Below the pieces are notes generated by a model that had not been told where the DNA came from, did not search any database, and was given only the letters and a program-made list of their open reading frames with translations. Source: an uncultured Chloroflexia bacterium (GTDB lineage Bacteria; Chloroflexota; Dehalococcoidia; DSTF01; JALHUB01). Taken from it: a DNA stretch of 64,000 nucleotides. The stretch spans positions 789,789 through 853,788 of the forward strand of contig OY970386.1 in NCBI GenBank assembly GCA_963719465.1, given 5' to 3'. The position numbers were made by a program, and so were the translations under genes. This document shows, in pieces, positions 43,883-52,069 of the stretch (positions within the stretch are counted from its first letter, which is position 1; each line of letters starts with the position of its first letter).

Positions 43883-43911
43883 AGTATACCGGCCGCGCAA
43901 CCCCTTGTCAA
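43883..43911 (-). promoter_or_regulatory. sigma70-type promoter (TTGACA, 17-nt spacer, TATACT) for the ilv-leu T-box leader
   Basis: Minus strand reads TTGACAaggggttgcgcggccggTATACT. Confidence 0.65.
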
Positions 43912-44132
43912 CGCGACGACGTGGGCCACCGTCCGGCGGCCTGCGCCTCAGCGGCGCTCGGGCGCGAGGATCATCGACTCGATGAGTTTCATGGCTTCCT
44001 GGCGCCCTCTCCTACCGCCGCAACCAACCCAATGACCGGCAGGATCGGGGCTCCGTACCCGACCAGCCCTCGCTCATCCCCTCCACTGCCCCCTCTGCTG
44101 GCATTCCAATAGCGCAACGTAGATGGTTACCG

Positions 44133-44441
44133 TCACGGGACCGTGGTAACCAGCAACTCACGGCTGCTCTCCCAGAAGCCAAACCCAAAACGTTCGAAGA
44201 TCTGCTCGCGTCCGAAGAGGCCGACGTAGAGAGGGTTGGATGGAAGCTGCTGGAGAATGACAGGGCAATCCACCACCACGCCCAGGAATTCGATTGTTGC
44301 CTGATACTTGTAACCCACGACGGGAGCTTTTCCTCCTGCCGTACCAAGCGAAACTGGCTGGCCCGAATCCCAGGACGTGAGGCCGAGAAGGGGGTAGAGA
44401 TCTTCTCTCAGGGTCAGATACGACGCACCCGTATCGAACAA
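44133..44441 (-). CDS. retropepsin-like (clan AA) aspartic protease domain protein
   Basis: MFDTGASYLTL... has the D-T-G-A-S catalytic motif. An in-frame stop lies only 16 codons upstream, so the N-terminus may be truncated or mis-framed. Confidence 0.55.
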   Translation of the reverse strand: MFDTGASYLTLREDLYPLLGLTSWDSGQPVSLGTAGGKAPVVGYKYQATIEFLGVVVDCPVILQQLPSNPLYVGLFGREQIFERFGFGFWESSRELLVTTVP

Positions 44442-44585
44442 GAGAGGAGTGAGACCTTGTTCCCACCCGACGCCAACAGGTTAATGGTTAGGAGGGGGAG
44501 CCATATAGGTTGACCGGAGACCTGAAAAAAACTGATAGCGCGTTCAAAGTCCTTCGAGGGCATATAACCCTTCTCGTGTAGACCT

Positions 44586-45035
44586 TTAGGGGTGGTCTCG
44601 GTTGGAGAACGCTGTGTGCCAAACGACAGGGTCTGCCGGAATCTGAGTAATGAAGGGAGTCACGCCCTCCAGATCTGCCGTTGCACAGATCAGGGTGACA
44701 ATATCGGGGGCCGAAGCAATAACCTGGTGATCGACGATCGCAACCCACTGGCCACTGTATCGAGCGCGAAGATCATCGAGGTTCGCGCTTAACCATTCCA
44801 GTACTCCCGCCGCAGCAGGTACAGATTGAGAGGCGCGTATATTCGCCACATGCTCCGGGGGGACCAGACCCTCAGCGCCAACCTGCCAGTATTTCACCAT
44901 CACATCGCCCTGCTCCGTCACGTACCATTCAACGCCGAACGACTCCAACTGTCGTAGGATATCTTTAACCGGTAGGCCGCTCGTGACTAGCGATTCGATG
45001 ATGTCTTGTGTGCTGGTGCTTGACGAGACGTTCAT
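44586..45035 (-). CDS. DUF5678-like domain protein
   Basis: C-terminal GQWVAIVDHQVIASAPDIVTLI resembles the DUF5678 core. It overlaps the upstream gene by 4 nt. Confidence 0.5.
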   Translation of the reverse strand: MNVSSSTSTQDIIESLVTSGLPVKDILRQLESFGVEWYVTEQGDVMVKYWQVGAEGLVPPEHVANIRASQSVPAAAGVLEWLSANLDDLRARYSGQWVAIVDHQVIASAPDIVTLICATADLEGVTPFITQIPADPVVWHTAFSNRDHP

Positions 45036-45376
45036 TTGGAGCCTTCCGGCCGAGCCTCAATAGCCCCCTGAGTGCGAGTCCTAAGAATCTCACCGATGTT
45101 AGCGGCGTGGGAGATGCTCACCGTGATGGTAGCCCGAAGGCGCGTTCGGACCAGAGTCATCGTCCCGGTTGGCCCCGGCGGGCCGGGGATGGTTTCGTAG
45201 AACTGGAGTACAATCTCGTTGCCAGTATTTAGGACTTGCGCAATGTCGGAATAAAGGGAGATGGCATCCGGCGGCTGTTCAAAGACCCGCTGAGCCTGGT
45301 GAAGCTCGGGCTGCTGGGTTTGAGCTGGCTGTTCACCCTGAGTCATGTGCTCCCTCCTCGGTGGAGAGCATAGCAT
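45032..45376 (-). CDS. DUF3467-like protein
   Basis: ...ISLYSDIAQVLNTGNEIVLQFYETIPGP... fits the DUF3467 pattern (YSN...EFxLDF). Confidence 0.5.
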   Translation of the reverse strand: MLCSPPRREHMTQGEQPAQTQQPELHQAQRVFEQPPDAISLYSDIAQVLNTGNEIVLQFYETIPGPPGPTGTMTLVRTRLRATITVSISHAANIGEILRTRTQGAIEARPEGSK

Positions 45377-45634
45377 CGATAATTAGGGCTAGCAAGTCCC
45401 ACTTAGACTTCAATCAGGCGTCATGAACACACAACGTCTCCCCAGGCCTCAATGATGTCAGATCTCTCCACCGGCGCACTGACCACACAAGTGTGCGCCA
45501 GCATAAATCGCCGCCGGTCCCTCCAGGACGTTTGGCTGTGATTCATTATCTCACCCCTGTCAACGCCGCATGACCCGCAACCCCCTCCTGCATTATGATG
45601 GGAGAGAACACCACTCTCGTCATCGGAGGGACCC

Positions 45635-46906
45635 ATGACCACCACCTGGCAGATCGACACCCTGGACAACGGACTCCGCGTCGTCACCACCCCCATGCCG
45701 ACCGCCCAGTCGGCCAACGTCTGCATCTTCGTCGGCGTCGGCTCCCGCATGGAGGACCGGCGCGTCAACGGCATCTGCCACTACCTGGAGCACATGCTCT
45801 TCAAGGGCAGCGCCAAACGGCCTACCGCCCAGGCCATCTCCGAGGCCATCGAAGGCGCCGGCGGCGCCCTCAACGCCTTCACCGACAAGGAGATGACCGG
45901 CTACTGGGCGCACGTCCCCTACGACCGCCTGGACCTCGCCATCGACGTCCTCGCCGACATGGTGCGCAACCCGCTGCTCGACAGCGCCGAGCTCGACCGC
46001 GAGCGCACCGTCGTCCAGCAGGAGATACGCCGCATCCACGACCAGCCCGCCGCCTGGACGTCCGAGCTCCTCTCCCGCGCCTGCTACGGCGACCAGCCCA
46101 TCGGCTGGCCCATCGCCGGCACCGAAGCGACGGTCGAAGGCATGCAGCGCGACGACTTCGTGCAGCACATGGGCCGCTGGTACCTGCCGGAGAACATCGT
46201 CGTCGCCGTCGCCGGCAACACGACGCCCGCGCAGGTGCTGGCGCTCATCCAGGAGCGGATGGCGACAATCGAGAGCCGCGCCCTGCCGCCCATCGCGCCG
46301 TCGAAGCCGGAGCTGCCGCCGGAGCGCGTCCAGGTCGAGTCCCGCGACACCGACCAGTCGAATCTCGCCTACGGCCTGCGCGCCCTCTCCCACACCGACC
46401 CCGATCGCTACGCCCTGACGGTCCTCAACACGCTGCTCGGCCGCGGCATGAGCTCCCGCCTGTTCAAGGAGGTGCGCGAGCGCCGCGGTCTCGCCTACTC
46501 CGTCGGCTCGTCCGTCAGCCGCCACCGCGACACGGGCTCCATGGCGGTCAGCGCCGGCGTCAGCCCGGAAAAGGCGGAGGAGGCCGGCAAGGTCATCCTG
46601 GAGCAGGTCTTCATTCTGGTCGACGAGCCGGTGCCGGAGGACGAGCTGACCCGCGCCCGCGACTTCACGATCGGCAACTTCCGCCTCGGCCTGGAGACGA
46701 CGATGGCGCTGACGCAGTGGACCGGCGAGAACCTGGTCTCCACCGGCGAGATCGATCAGATCGAGGACGCGGTGGCGAAGCTGCAGGCGATCACCAGCGA
46801 CGACGTTCAGCGGGTAGCGAAGCGCCTCTTCCGGCGCGACAACGTGGCAGTCGCGCTCGTCGGCCCCAACGCCGACCCGGGCTTGCTGGAAAAGACGTTG
46901 CCTTAG
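45635..46906 (+). CDS. M16-family (pitrilysin-like) zinc peptidase
   Basis: Inverted zincin motif HYLEHMLFKGS with the downstream E of the M16 family; about 420 aa. Confidence 0.85.
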   Translation: MTTTWQIDTLDNGLRVVTTPMPTAQSANVCIFVGVGSRMEDRRVNGICHYLEHMLFKGSAKRPTAQAISEAIEGAGGALNAFTDKEMTGYWAHVPYDRLDLAIDVLADMVRNPLLDSAELDRERTVVQQEIRRIHDQPAAWTSELLSRACYGDQPIGWPIAGTEATVEGMQRDDFVQHMGRWYLPENIVVAVAGNTTPAQVLALIQERMATIESRALPPIAPSKPELPPERVQVESRDTDQSNLAYGLRALSHTDPDRYALTVLNTLLGRGMSSRLFKEVRERRGLAYSVGSSVSRHRDTGSMAVSAGVSPEKAEEAGKVILEQVFILVDEPVPEDELTRARDFTIGNFRLGLETTMALTQWTGENLVSTGEIDQIEDAVAKLQAITSDDVQRVAKRLFRRDNVAVALVGPNADPGLLEKTLP

Positions 46907-46909
46907 CGG

Positions 46910-47677
46910 TCAGCGCTTGTCCGTCGCGACGTTGGCAAGCATCCACTGGTAGCGCTCCGGCGAGAGCTGCTGCAGCTTCTGCGGATCGTAGAAGAAGAGC
47001 GCGAAAGAATTGGCGTAGTCCTCCAGCGGGTCGTTGTTCGACATGTACTGCCACACCTGCGGCCCGTCGTAGGCGAATTTGAGCTGCGTCTGGTCGACGG
47101 CCGCCGCCACGTCGGCGTCGCTGCTCAGGAGACGCCAGCCGGTGGCGGCCATGAAGTCGCGCATCTCCTCCTGGAAGAAGACCCAGGCGTAGCGGCCCGG
47201 CGGCGTCATCCGGAGCTGATAGGCGTGACCGAGCTCGTGGAGGACGGTCAGCGTCCCCTGGTCGGGGTAGAGGACCAGCTCGTTGCGGCCGTCGTCGTTC
47301 GAGTAGAAGTTGGCGCCGCTCGAGTACACTTTGCTCCCCGACATGTCGCGCGAGTCGCTGTTCGACAGGATGTACAGCGGCCCGTAGATGCGGCTCCCCA
47401 GCTCGTTTACGACGTGCGTTGGCAGCTTCCCCAGCGCTTCAAGCACGGTGTTGAGGCTCAGATCGTCCCACGTCTGGCCGTCGGTAACGATTTCGACGCC
47501 GTAGGCATCGCGCGCCTGCTGAACCTGGCAAACCGGCTCCGCCGCCGTCAGCAGCGGCAGGAAGAGGAAGAGGGCAAAGGGAGCGAGGAAGCGCCGCCGC
47601 AGCGGAAGGCGCCGCACGAGCCGTCGCAAGTGCTGAATCGCAGCGCTGGGTCGTATCTCAGACATGAGAACCGGCAA
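46910..47677 (-). CDS. secreted HExxH zinc-metalloprotease-like protein
   Basis: Signal peptide (FALFLFLPLLTAA) and LTVLHELGHAY (HExxH), about 250 aa. The family is not recognised. Confidence 0.55.
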   Translation of the reverse strand: MPVLMSEIRPSAAIQHLRRLVRRLPLRRRFLAPFALFLFLPLLTAAEPVCQVQQARDAYGVEIVTDGQTWDDLSLNTVLEALGKLPTHVVNELGSRIYGPLYILSNSDSRDMSGSKVYSSGANFYSNDDGRNELVLYPDQGTLTVLHELGHAYQLRMTPPGRYAWVFFQEEMRDFMAATGWRLLSSDADVAAAVDQTQLKFAYDGPQVWQYMSNNDPLEDYANSFALFFYDPQKLQQLSPERYQWMLANVATDKR

Positions 47678-48026
47678 CCTCCGATCCGACTTCTCGAATC
47701 TGCCGTTGCCGGTTTCACCACTGGCTCGCCGAGGGCCTCGGTGACCATGCGACAGGCTCGAAGCCCATCGCCACGCCCCGCGGGGGGGACACGCCCTCGG
47801 TTCAACGCCTCAACAGACAGTAGCTTCTCTGGGAGACAATCTGCCTCCTCACACAGGAAAACGGCCGCCGCGAGCCGCCGTTACAGCCGCCGCGGCCGCC
47901 CGTCGAATCTACGGCAGCGTTTTTCACGCTTTCTTCACGTTCTTCGACTGCGATTCACGGCGACCGCACTTGGCGAACCTATGCTGAAGGGTCGGCGAGT
48001 CATCAAGAAACGAAGGAGTTAGAGAA

Positions 48027-48296
48027 ATGTCTGATTACCTGATAGAGTCCACCCATACGCCTGAGGAGTGCCTGCTCGAGCTAGACACGATAGTCCAGCA
48101 AGACCCGCAAGTGTTCGACACCCTCGAGTTTGGCTGTCTGGCCGGGGATCACCGCGCCGTGGCGATAGTGAAGGCGGAAAGCGAGTCGCAGGCGCTGGGC
48201 TTCGTGCCCGCCAGCCGGCGCAACCGGACGAAGGTCACGCCGCTGACGAGGTTCACCCCGGAGGACATCCGGAAGGCTCACGAACAGCACATGTAG
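48027..48296 (+). CDS. hypothetical small protein (89 aa)
   Basis: Good RBS (aaggagttagagaaATG) and high-GC codon usage. No family recognised. Confidence 0.45.
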   Translation: MSDYLIESTHTPEECLLELDTIVQQDPQVFDTLEFGCLAGDHRAVAIVKAESESQALGFVPASRRNRTKVTPLTRFTPEDIRKAHEQHM

Positions 48297-48371
48297 ATAC
48301 CGCGCCGGACGGCTGGTCGCTGCTCGTCGCGCTGACGCCGATTGCCGCTGGAAAGCTCCGGCGGCAATCGC

Positions 48372-50210
48372 CTACTTCTGCCGGCGCCTCTTCGCGTACC
48401 ACCCGCCGACGGCAACAGTCGCCAGAACCATCGCCACTATGGCCAAGCCGGTAAGCTGGGCGACCAGCCCCGGCACGTTGATTCCTAGGGGACCGATGCC
48501 TGAGGCGGCTGCCCCAAAGCCGGCAACGTCCGGCGCTTCCGCGATACCGCCGACGGCAGCCGGCCCCGGGGTGGGAGTGTCGGTCGGTGTAACCGTCGCA
48601 GTACTCGTACCCGTAGCCGTGGGGGTGGGCGTTGGGTTGGACGGGTCTTCAATCACCGATACGCTGTCATACCCCGAGTTCGTCACGTAGATGCGGTTCG
48701 TGTCGGGGTTGACGGCCACGCCCAAGGGGCCACCCCCGACCGCCACGGTGGCGACGACCGCGTTGCTGTCGCCGCCGATGACGGAGACGTTGTTGCCGTA
48801 GTAATTCGTCACATAGATGCGATTCGTGCTGGGGTTGACGGCCACGCCCCAGGGGTAACTGTAGCTCCCGACCGCCACAGCGGCCACGACCGTGCTACTG
48901 GCGCCGTCGATCACGGAGACGTTGTTGCTGGTGTAGTTCGCAACGTAGATTCGGTTCGTGTTGGGGTCGACGTCAACGCCGTCGGGGTAACTCCCAACCG
49001 CTACGGGGGTGGCGACGACCGTATTGCTGGCGCCGTCGATGACGCAGACGCTGTTCTCGTCATCGTTCGCCACGTAGATGAGGTTCGTGGTGGGGTTGAC
49101 AGCCATGCCCTGAACCGCCCCCCCAACCGCTACGTGGTCGACGACCGTGTTGTTGGTGCCGTCGATGACGGAGACGTTGCCACCGCCCGTCACGTAAATG
49201 CGGTTCGTGCTGGGGTTGACGGCCACGGCGCAGCCCCAGCCCGGTACGGTGGCGACGACGGTGTTCCTTGTGCCGTCGATGACGGAGACGTTGTTGTACG
49301 TCACGTAGATGAGGTTCGTGGTGGGGTTGACAGCCGCGCCGCAGGAGGCAGACCCCGCCTCTACGCTGGCGACGACGGTGTTGCTTGTGCCGTCGATGAC
49401 GGAGACGGTGCCGTCGCCCCAGTTCGTCACGTAGATGAGGTTCGTCTTGGGGTTCACGGCCACGCCCCAGGGCCAATGCCCGACCCCTACGGTGGCGACG
49501 ACCTTGTTGCTGGCGCCGTCGATGACGGAGACGTTGGGGCCGTTGGGGCTGTACCAGCACGGCACGTAGATGAGGTTCGTGTTGGGGTTAACGGTTACGA
49601 CCCCGGGGCCGCTCCCGACCGCTACAGTGGCGACGACCGCGTTGCTGGCGCCGTCGATGACGGAGACGTTGTTGTCGTTGAAGCTAGTGACGTAGATGCG
49701 GTCCGTGTTGGGGTTGACGGCCACGCCGTCGGGGTAACTCCCGACCGGTACGGTGGCAACGACCATGTCGCTGGCGCCGTCGATGACGGAGACGCTGTTG
49801 CCGCCATAGTTCGCCACGTAAATGCGGCCCGTGTCGGGGTTGACGGCTACAGCCCTGGGGCTACTCCCGACCGCCACGATGGCCACCACGGTGTTGCTGC
49901 CGCCGTCGATGACGGAGACGTTTCTGCTGCCCCAGTTCGCCACGTAGATGAGGCCGGTGTTGGGGTTGACGGCCACGCCCTCGGGACTGTGTCCGCCCGG
50001 GGCTGTTCCGATGGTGGCGATGACGGTTGGGTCGCCGGCGGCTGCGCGGGCGCCGGGTGCCGGCCCCCGCAGGGCAAGAGCGCCCACCACTATCGCAAGC
50101 GCCACTGCCCCGGCCAGTCCCGCAACCGCCAATCTGGGAACGATTTCAGAGCGCATCATGCACCTCCGGAGGATATGAGTGCCACCACCCTGGCGGGGAT
50201 GGCGCAACAT
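48372..50210 (-). CDS. YVTN-family beta-propeller repeat protein with PT-rich linker and C-terminal TM/GGWYAKRRRQK anchor
   Basis: About 11 tandem copies of the 40-residue unit (YV[AT]N.....VSVIDG.SNTVVATV.VG..P.GVAVNP.TNRIYV) follow a signal peptide. The C-terminus reads ...VGGIAEAPDV...TM helix...GGWYAKRRRQK. Confidence 0.85.
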   Translation of the reverse strand: MLRHPRQGGGTHILRRCMMRSEIVPRLAVAGLAGAVALAIVVGALALRGPAPGARAAAGDPTVIATIGTAPGGHSPEGVAVNPNTGLIYVANWGSRNVSVIDGGSNTVVAIVAVGSSPRAVAVNPDTGRIYVANYGGNSVSVIDGASDMVVATVPVGSYPDGVAVNPNTDRIYVTSFNDNNVSVIDGASNAVVATVAVGSGPGVVTVNPNTNLIYVPCWYSPNGPNVSVIDGASNKVVATVGVGHWPWGVAVNPKTNLIYVTNWGDGTVSVIDGTSNTVVASVEAGSASCGAAVNPTTNLIYVTYNNVSVIDGTRNTVVATVPGWGCAVAVNPSTNRIYVTGGGNVSVIDGTNNTVVDHVAVGGAVQGMAVNPTTNLIYVANDDENSVCVIDGASNTVVATPVAVGSYPDGVDVDPNTNRIYVANYTSNNVSVIDGASSTVVAAVAVGSYSYPWGVAVNPSTNRIYVTNYYGNNVSVIGGDSNAVVATVAVGGGPLGVAVNPDTNRIYVTNSGYDSVSVIEDPSNPTPTPTATGTSTATVTPTDTPTPGPAAVGGIAEAPDVAGFGAAASGIGPLGINVPGLVAQLTGLAIVAMVLATVAVGGWYAKRRRQK

Positions 50211-50675
50211 TACGCCGGCATCGAAGGTTTGTCAAGGGGCCAGCGACCCGCCGTTCGTTACTATCCTAGTTGCTCTGCCGCCTGCGCCGTCTCTCACCGT
50301 TCGGGGTGCCACCAGCCGCTTCCAATTCCCCCACTCCTCTGCTATCCTCACCTCCGCCTGCCCGTTTACCCGTCTGGACGTGCCCGTCTGGGACAGCTCC
50401 CGAAAGACCCCCGATGCCATGCTTTCGCCCATCTTTCGCCGACGCCGCCTGCCCGCCGTCGACCCGGTCTACCGCCCCTCCGAAAATCAATTCACAAAAC
50501 GCGCCCTTAACAGATTCGCCGGATCAATCTTTTTCAAAAACAACTCAATCAAAGCCTCCAGCCCGCACGACGCCCCCCGAATCGGCTCGCCTCGACACCT
50601 TGAAGTGCGTCTGCTATCATCGATGATGCCGCTGGCCTTCCGCCCAAGCGGCAAAGTGACGATGCTTCTCGAGAA

Positions 50676-50753
50676 CGGGGTGTAGCTCAGTTAGGCTAGA
50701 GCGCACGGTTCGGGACCGTGAGGTCGGCAGTTCAAATCTGCCCACCCCGACCA
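50676..50753 (+). tRNA. tRNA-Pro (anticodon CGG), CCA encoded
   Basis: CGGGGTG-TA-GCTC-AGTTAGGCTA-GAGC-G-CACGG-TTCGGGA-CCGTG-AGGTC-GGCAG-TTCAAAT-CTGCC-CACCCCG-A-CCA. The cloverleaf pairs cleanly; anticodon loop UUCGGGA. Confidence 0.85.
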
Positions 50754-50940
50754 GTCTCCTTACCATCACCTATGCTGCGCCCCCCGCTTGACACATCGCC
50801 TGAATTCCGGTATTTCTCGCTCTTGAATTGCTGTGTGGCGCAAAGGCGGCGAATACGACTCCTTTTTCTCACGGTTCTTGCAGAAACCCTCAAGTTCGGC
50901 GCCGCGCAGCCGAGCTAGAATAGGTAGATGAGATGAAGCG

Positions 50941-51780
50941 ATGGCTATGAACTACCAGACCGGCGAAACCACTCGCCTTCGGCGGCAACGCGTCGAGCAG
51001 GCGATTCAGCTGGCGCTGGAGAGTCGATGGAAAGAGGCGGCGGCGCTAAACCGCTCGCTCATCAGCATGTTTCCTTCGGATGTCGACGCTTACAACCGTC
51101 TCGGCAAGGCGCTCATGGAGATGGGCGAATACGACGATGCCCGGATGGCCTACGAGCGAGCGCTGGAACTGGAGCCTCTGAACAGCATAGCCCGCAAGAA
51201 TCTCGATAGGCTCGATGTGCGGGCGAAGGCGGCAGCGGCGCAGGGCGACATCCCTCACAAGATCGATCCCGCGCTGTTCATCGCCGAGACCGGCAAGACG
51301 GGCATCGCGAACCTTCGAGCGGTGGCCTCCGAAGCGATGGGGCGGCTCACGGCAGGCGACGCACTGGAGTTGAAGCCGCAAGACAACACGCTGGCGGTAG
51401 TGACGCCGGATGGCGACTACGTTGGGCAACTGGAGCCGAAGCTTGGCCTCCGGCTATTGCGTCTGATGGACGGCGGCAATCGCTATACGGTTGCCGTTGC
51501 CAGCCTGTCCGAGCAGCGAGTCATCATACGAGAGATATATCAGCATCCCAGCCAGCAGGGGCGCCCATCCTTCCCGGCGGTTGGCGGCGAGACGGTCCGT
51601 CCGTACGTTAAGGACCGCCTCGTGCGCCGAGAGCTGGAAGAAGAGGTCGCGCCGGAGGAGCCGGAGGAAGGCGAGGAGTGGGAATCCGAGGCCGTCGCAA
51701 CCGAAGGCGACATCACGCTGCAAGACTACCAGGACGCCACCGAGGGCGAGGACGACGTTGAGGAGGGATTTGAGGAGTAG
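50941..51780 (+). CDS. TPR-repeat protein with acidic C-terminal tail
   Basis: N-terminal TPR-like helices (AYNRLGKALMEMGEYDDARMAYERALELEP), a central unknown domain, and an EE-rich tail. Confidence 0.6.
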   Translation: MAMNYQTGETTRLRRQRVEQAIQLALESRWKEAAALNRSLISMFPSDVDAYNRLGKALMEMGEYDDARMAYERALELEPLNSIARKNLDRLDVRAKAAAAQGDIPHKIDPALFIAETGKTGIANLRAVASEAMGRLTAGDALELKPQDNTLAVVTPDGDYVGQLEPKLGLRLLRLMDGGNRYTVAVASLSEQRVIIREIYQHPSQQGRPSFPAVGGETVRPYVKDRLVRRELEEEVAPEEPEEGEEWESEAVATEGDITLQDYQDATEGEDDVEEGFEE

Positions 51781-51887
51781 CAAGCGACGAGAGTGCGGCC
51801 ATCGTGTGAACTTGCAGGGCCTGGAGTTGTCCAGGTTCTATGTTGCCGGAAAGCCCCCTTGATTTCAGCCATTAACCCAAAAAACAC

Positions 51888-51916
51888 TTGACAAATCTGA
51901 TCTCGGAGCCTATACT
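51888..51916 (+). promoter_or_regulatory. sigma70-type promoter (TTGACA, 17-nt spacer, TATACT) with about 150-nt 5' UTR for the large secreted protein gene
   Basis: TTGACAaatctgatctcggagccTATACT, read directly. Confidence 0.65.
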
Positions 51917-52069
51917 CGCGGCACTGGTGGTTCAGTTCTAGTTCCCCGCCTTGTTGCGAGAAGATCGGCAGGCCGGGCAGGTGTGTCCCGGCGTGGATTC
52001 TTGTATTTGCCAACGTATTGCTCGGGCCCCCGCACACTTGGCTGTTAGACGTTGCCGGAGGTGAGCGAA

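Noticed and set aside
43690-43960. Possible SRP RNA or RNase P RNA in the non-coding region upstream of ilvB (motifs CCAGGTCCGGCCGGAAAG and GAAGCTGGCC)
   Set aside because: The resemblances are short and do not extend. The same stretch carries a promoter, a GA-motif, an AG-box, a T-box-like sequence and a terminator in the right order, so a T-box leader is the better explanation.
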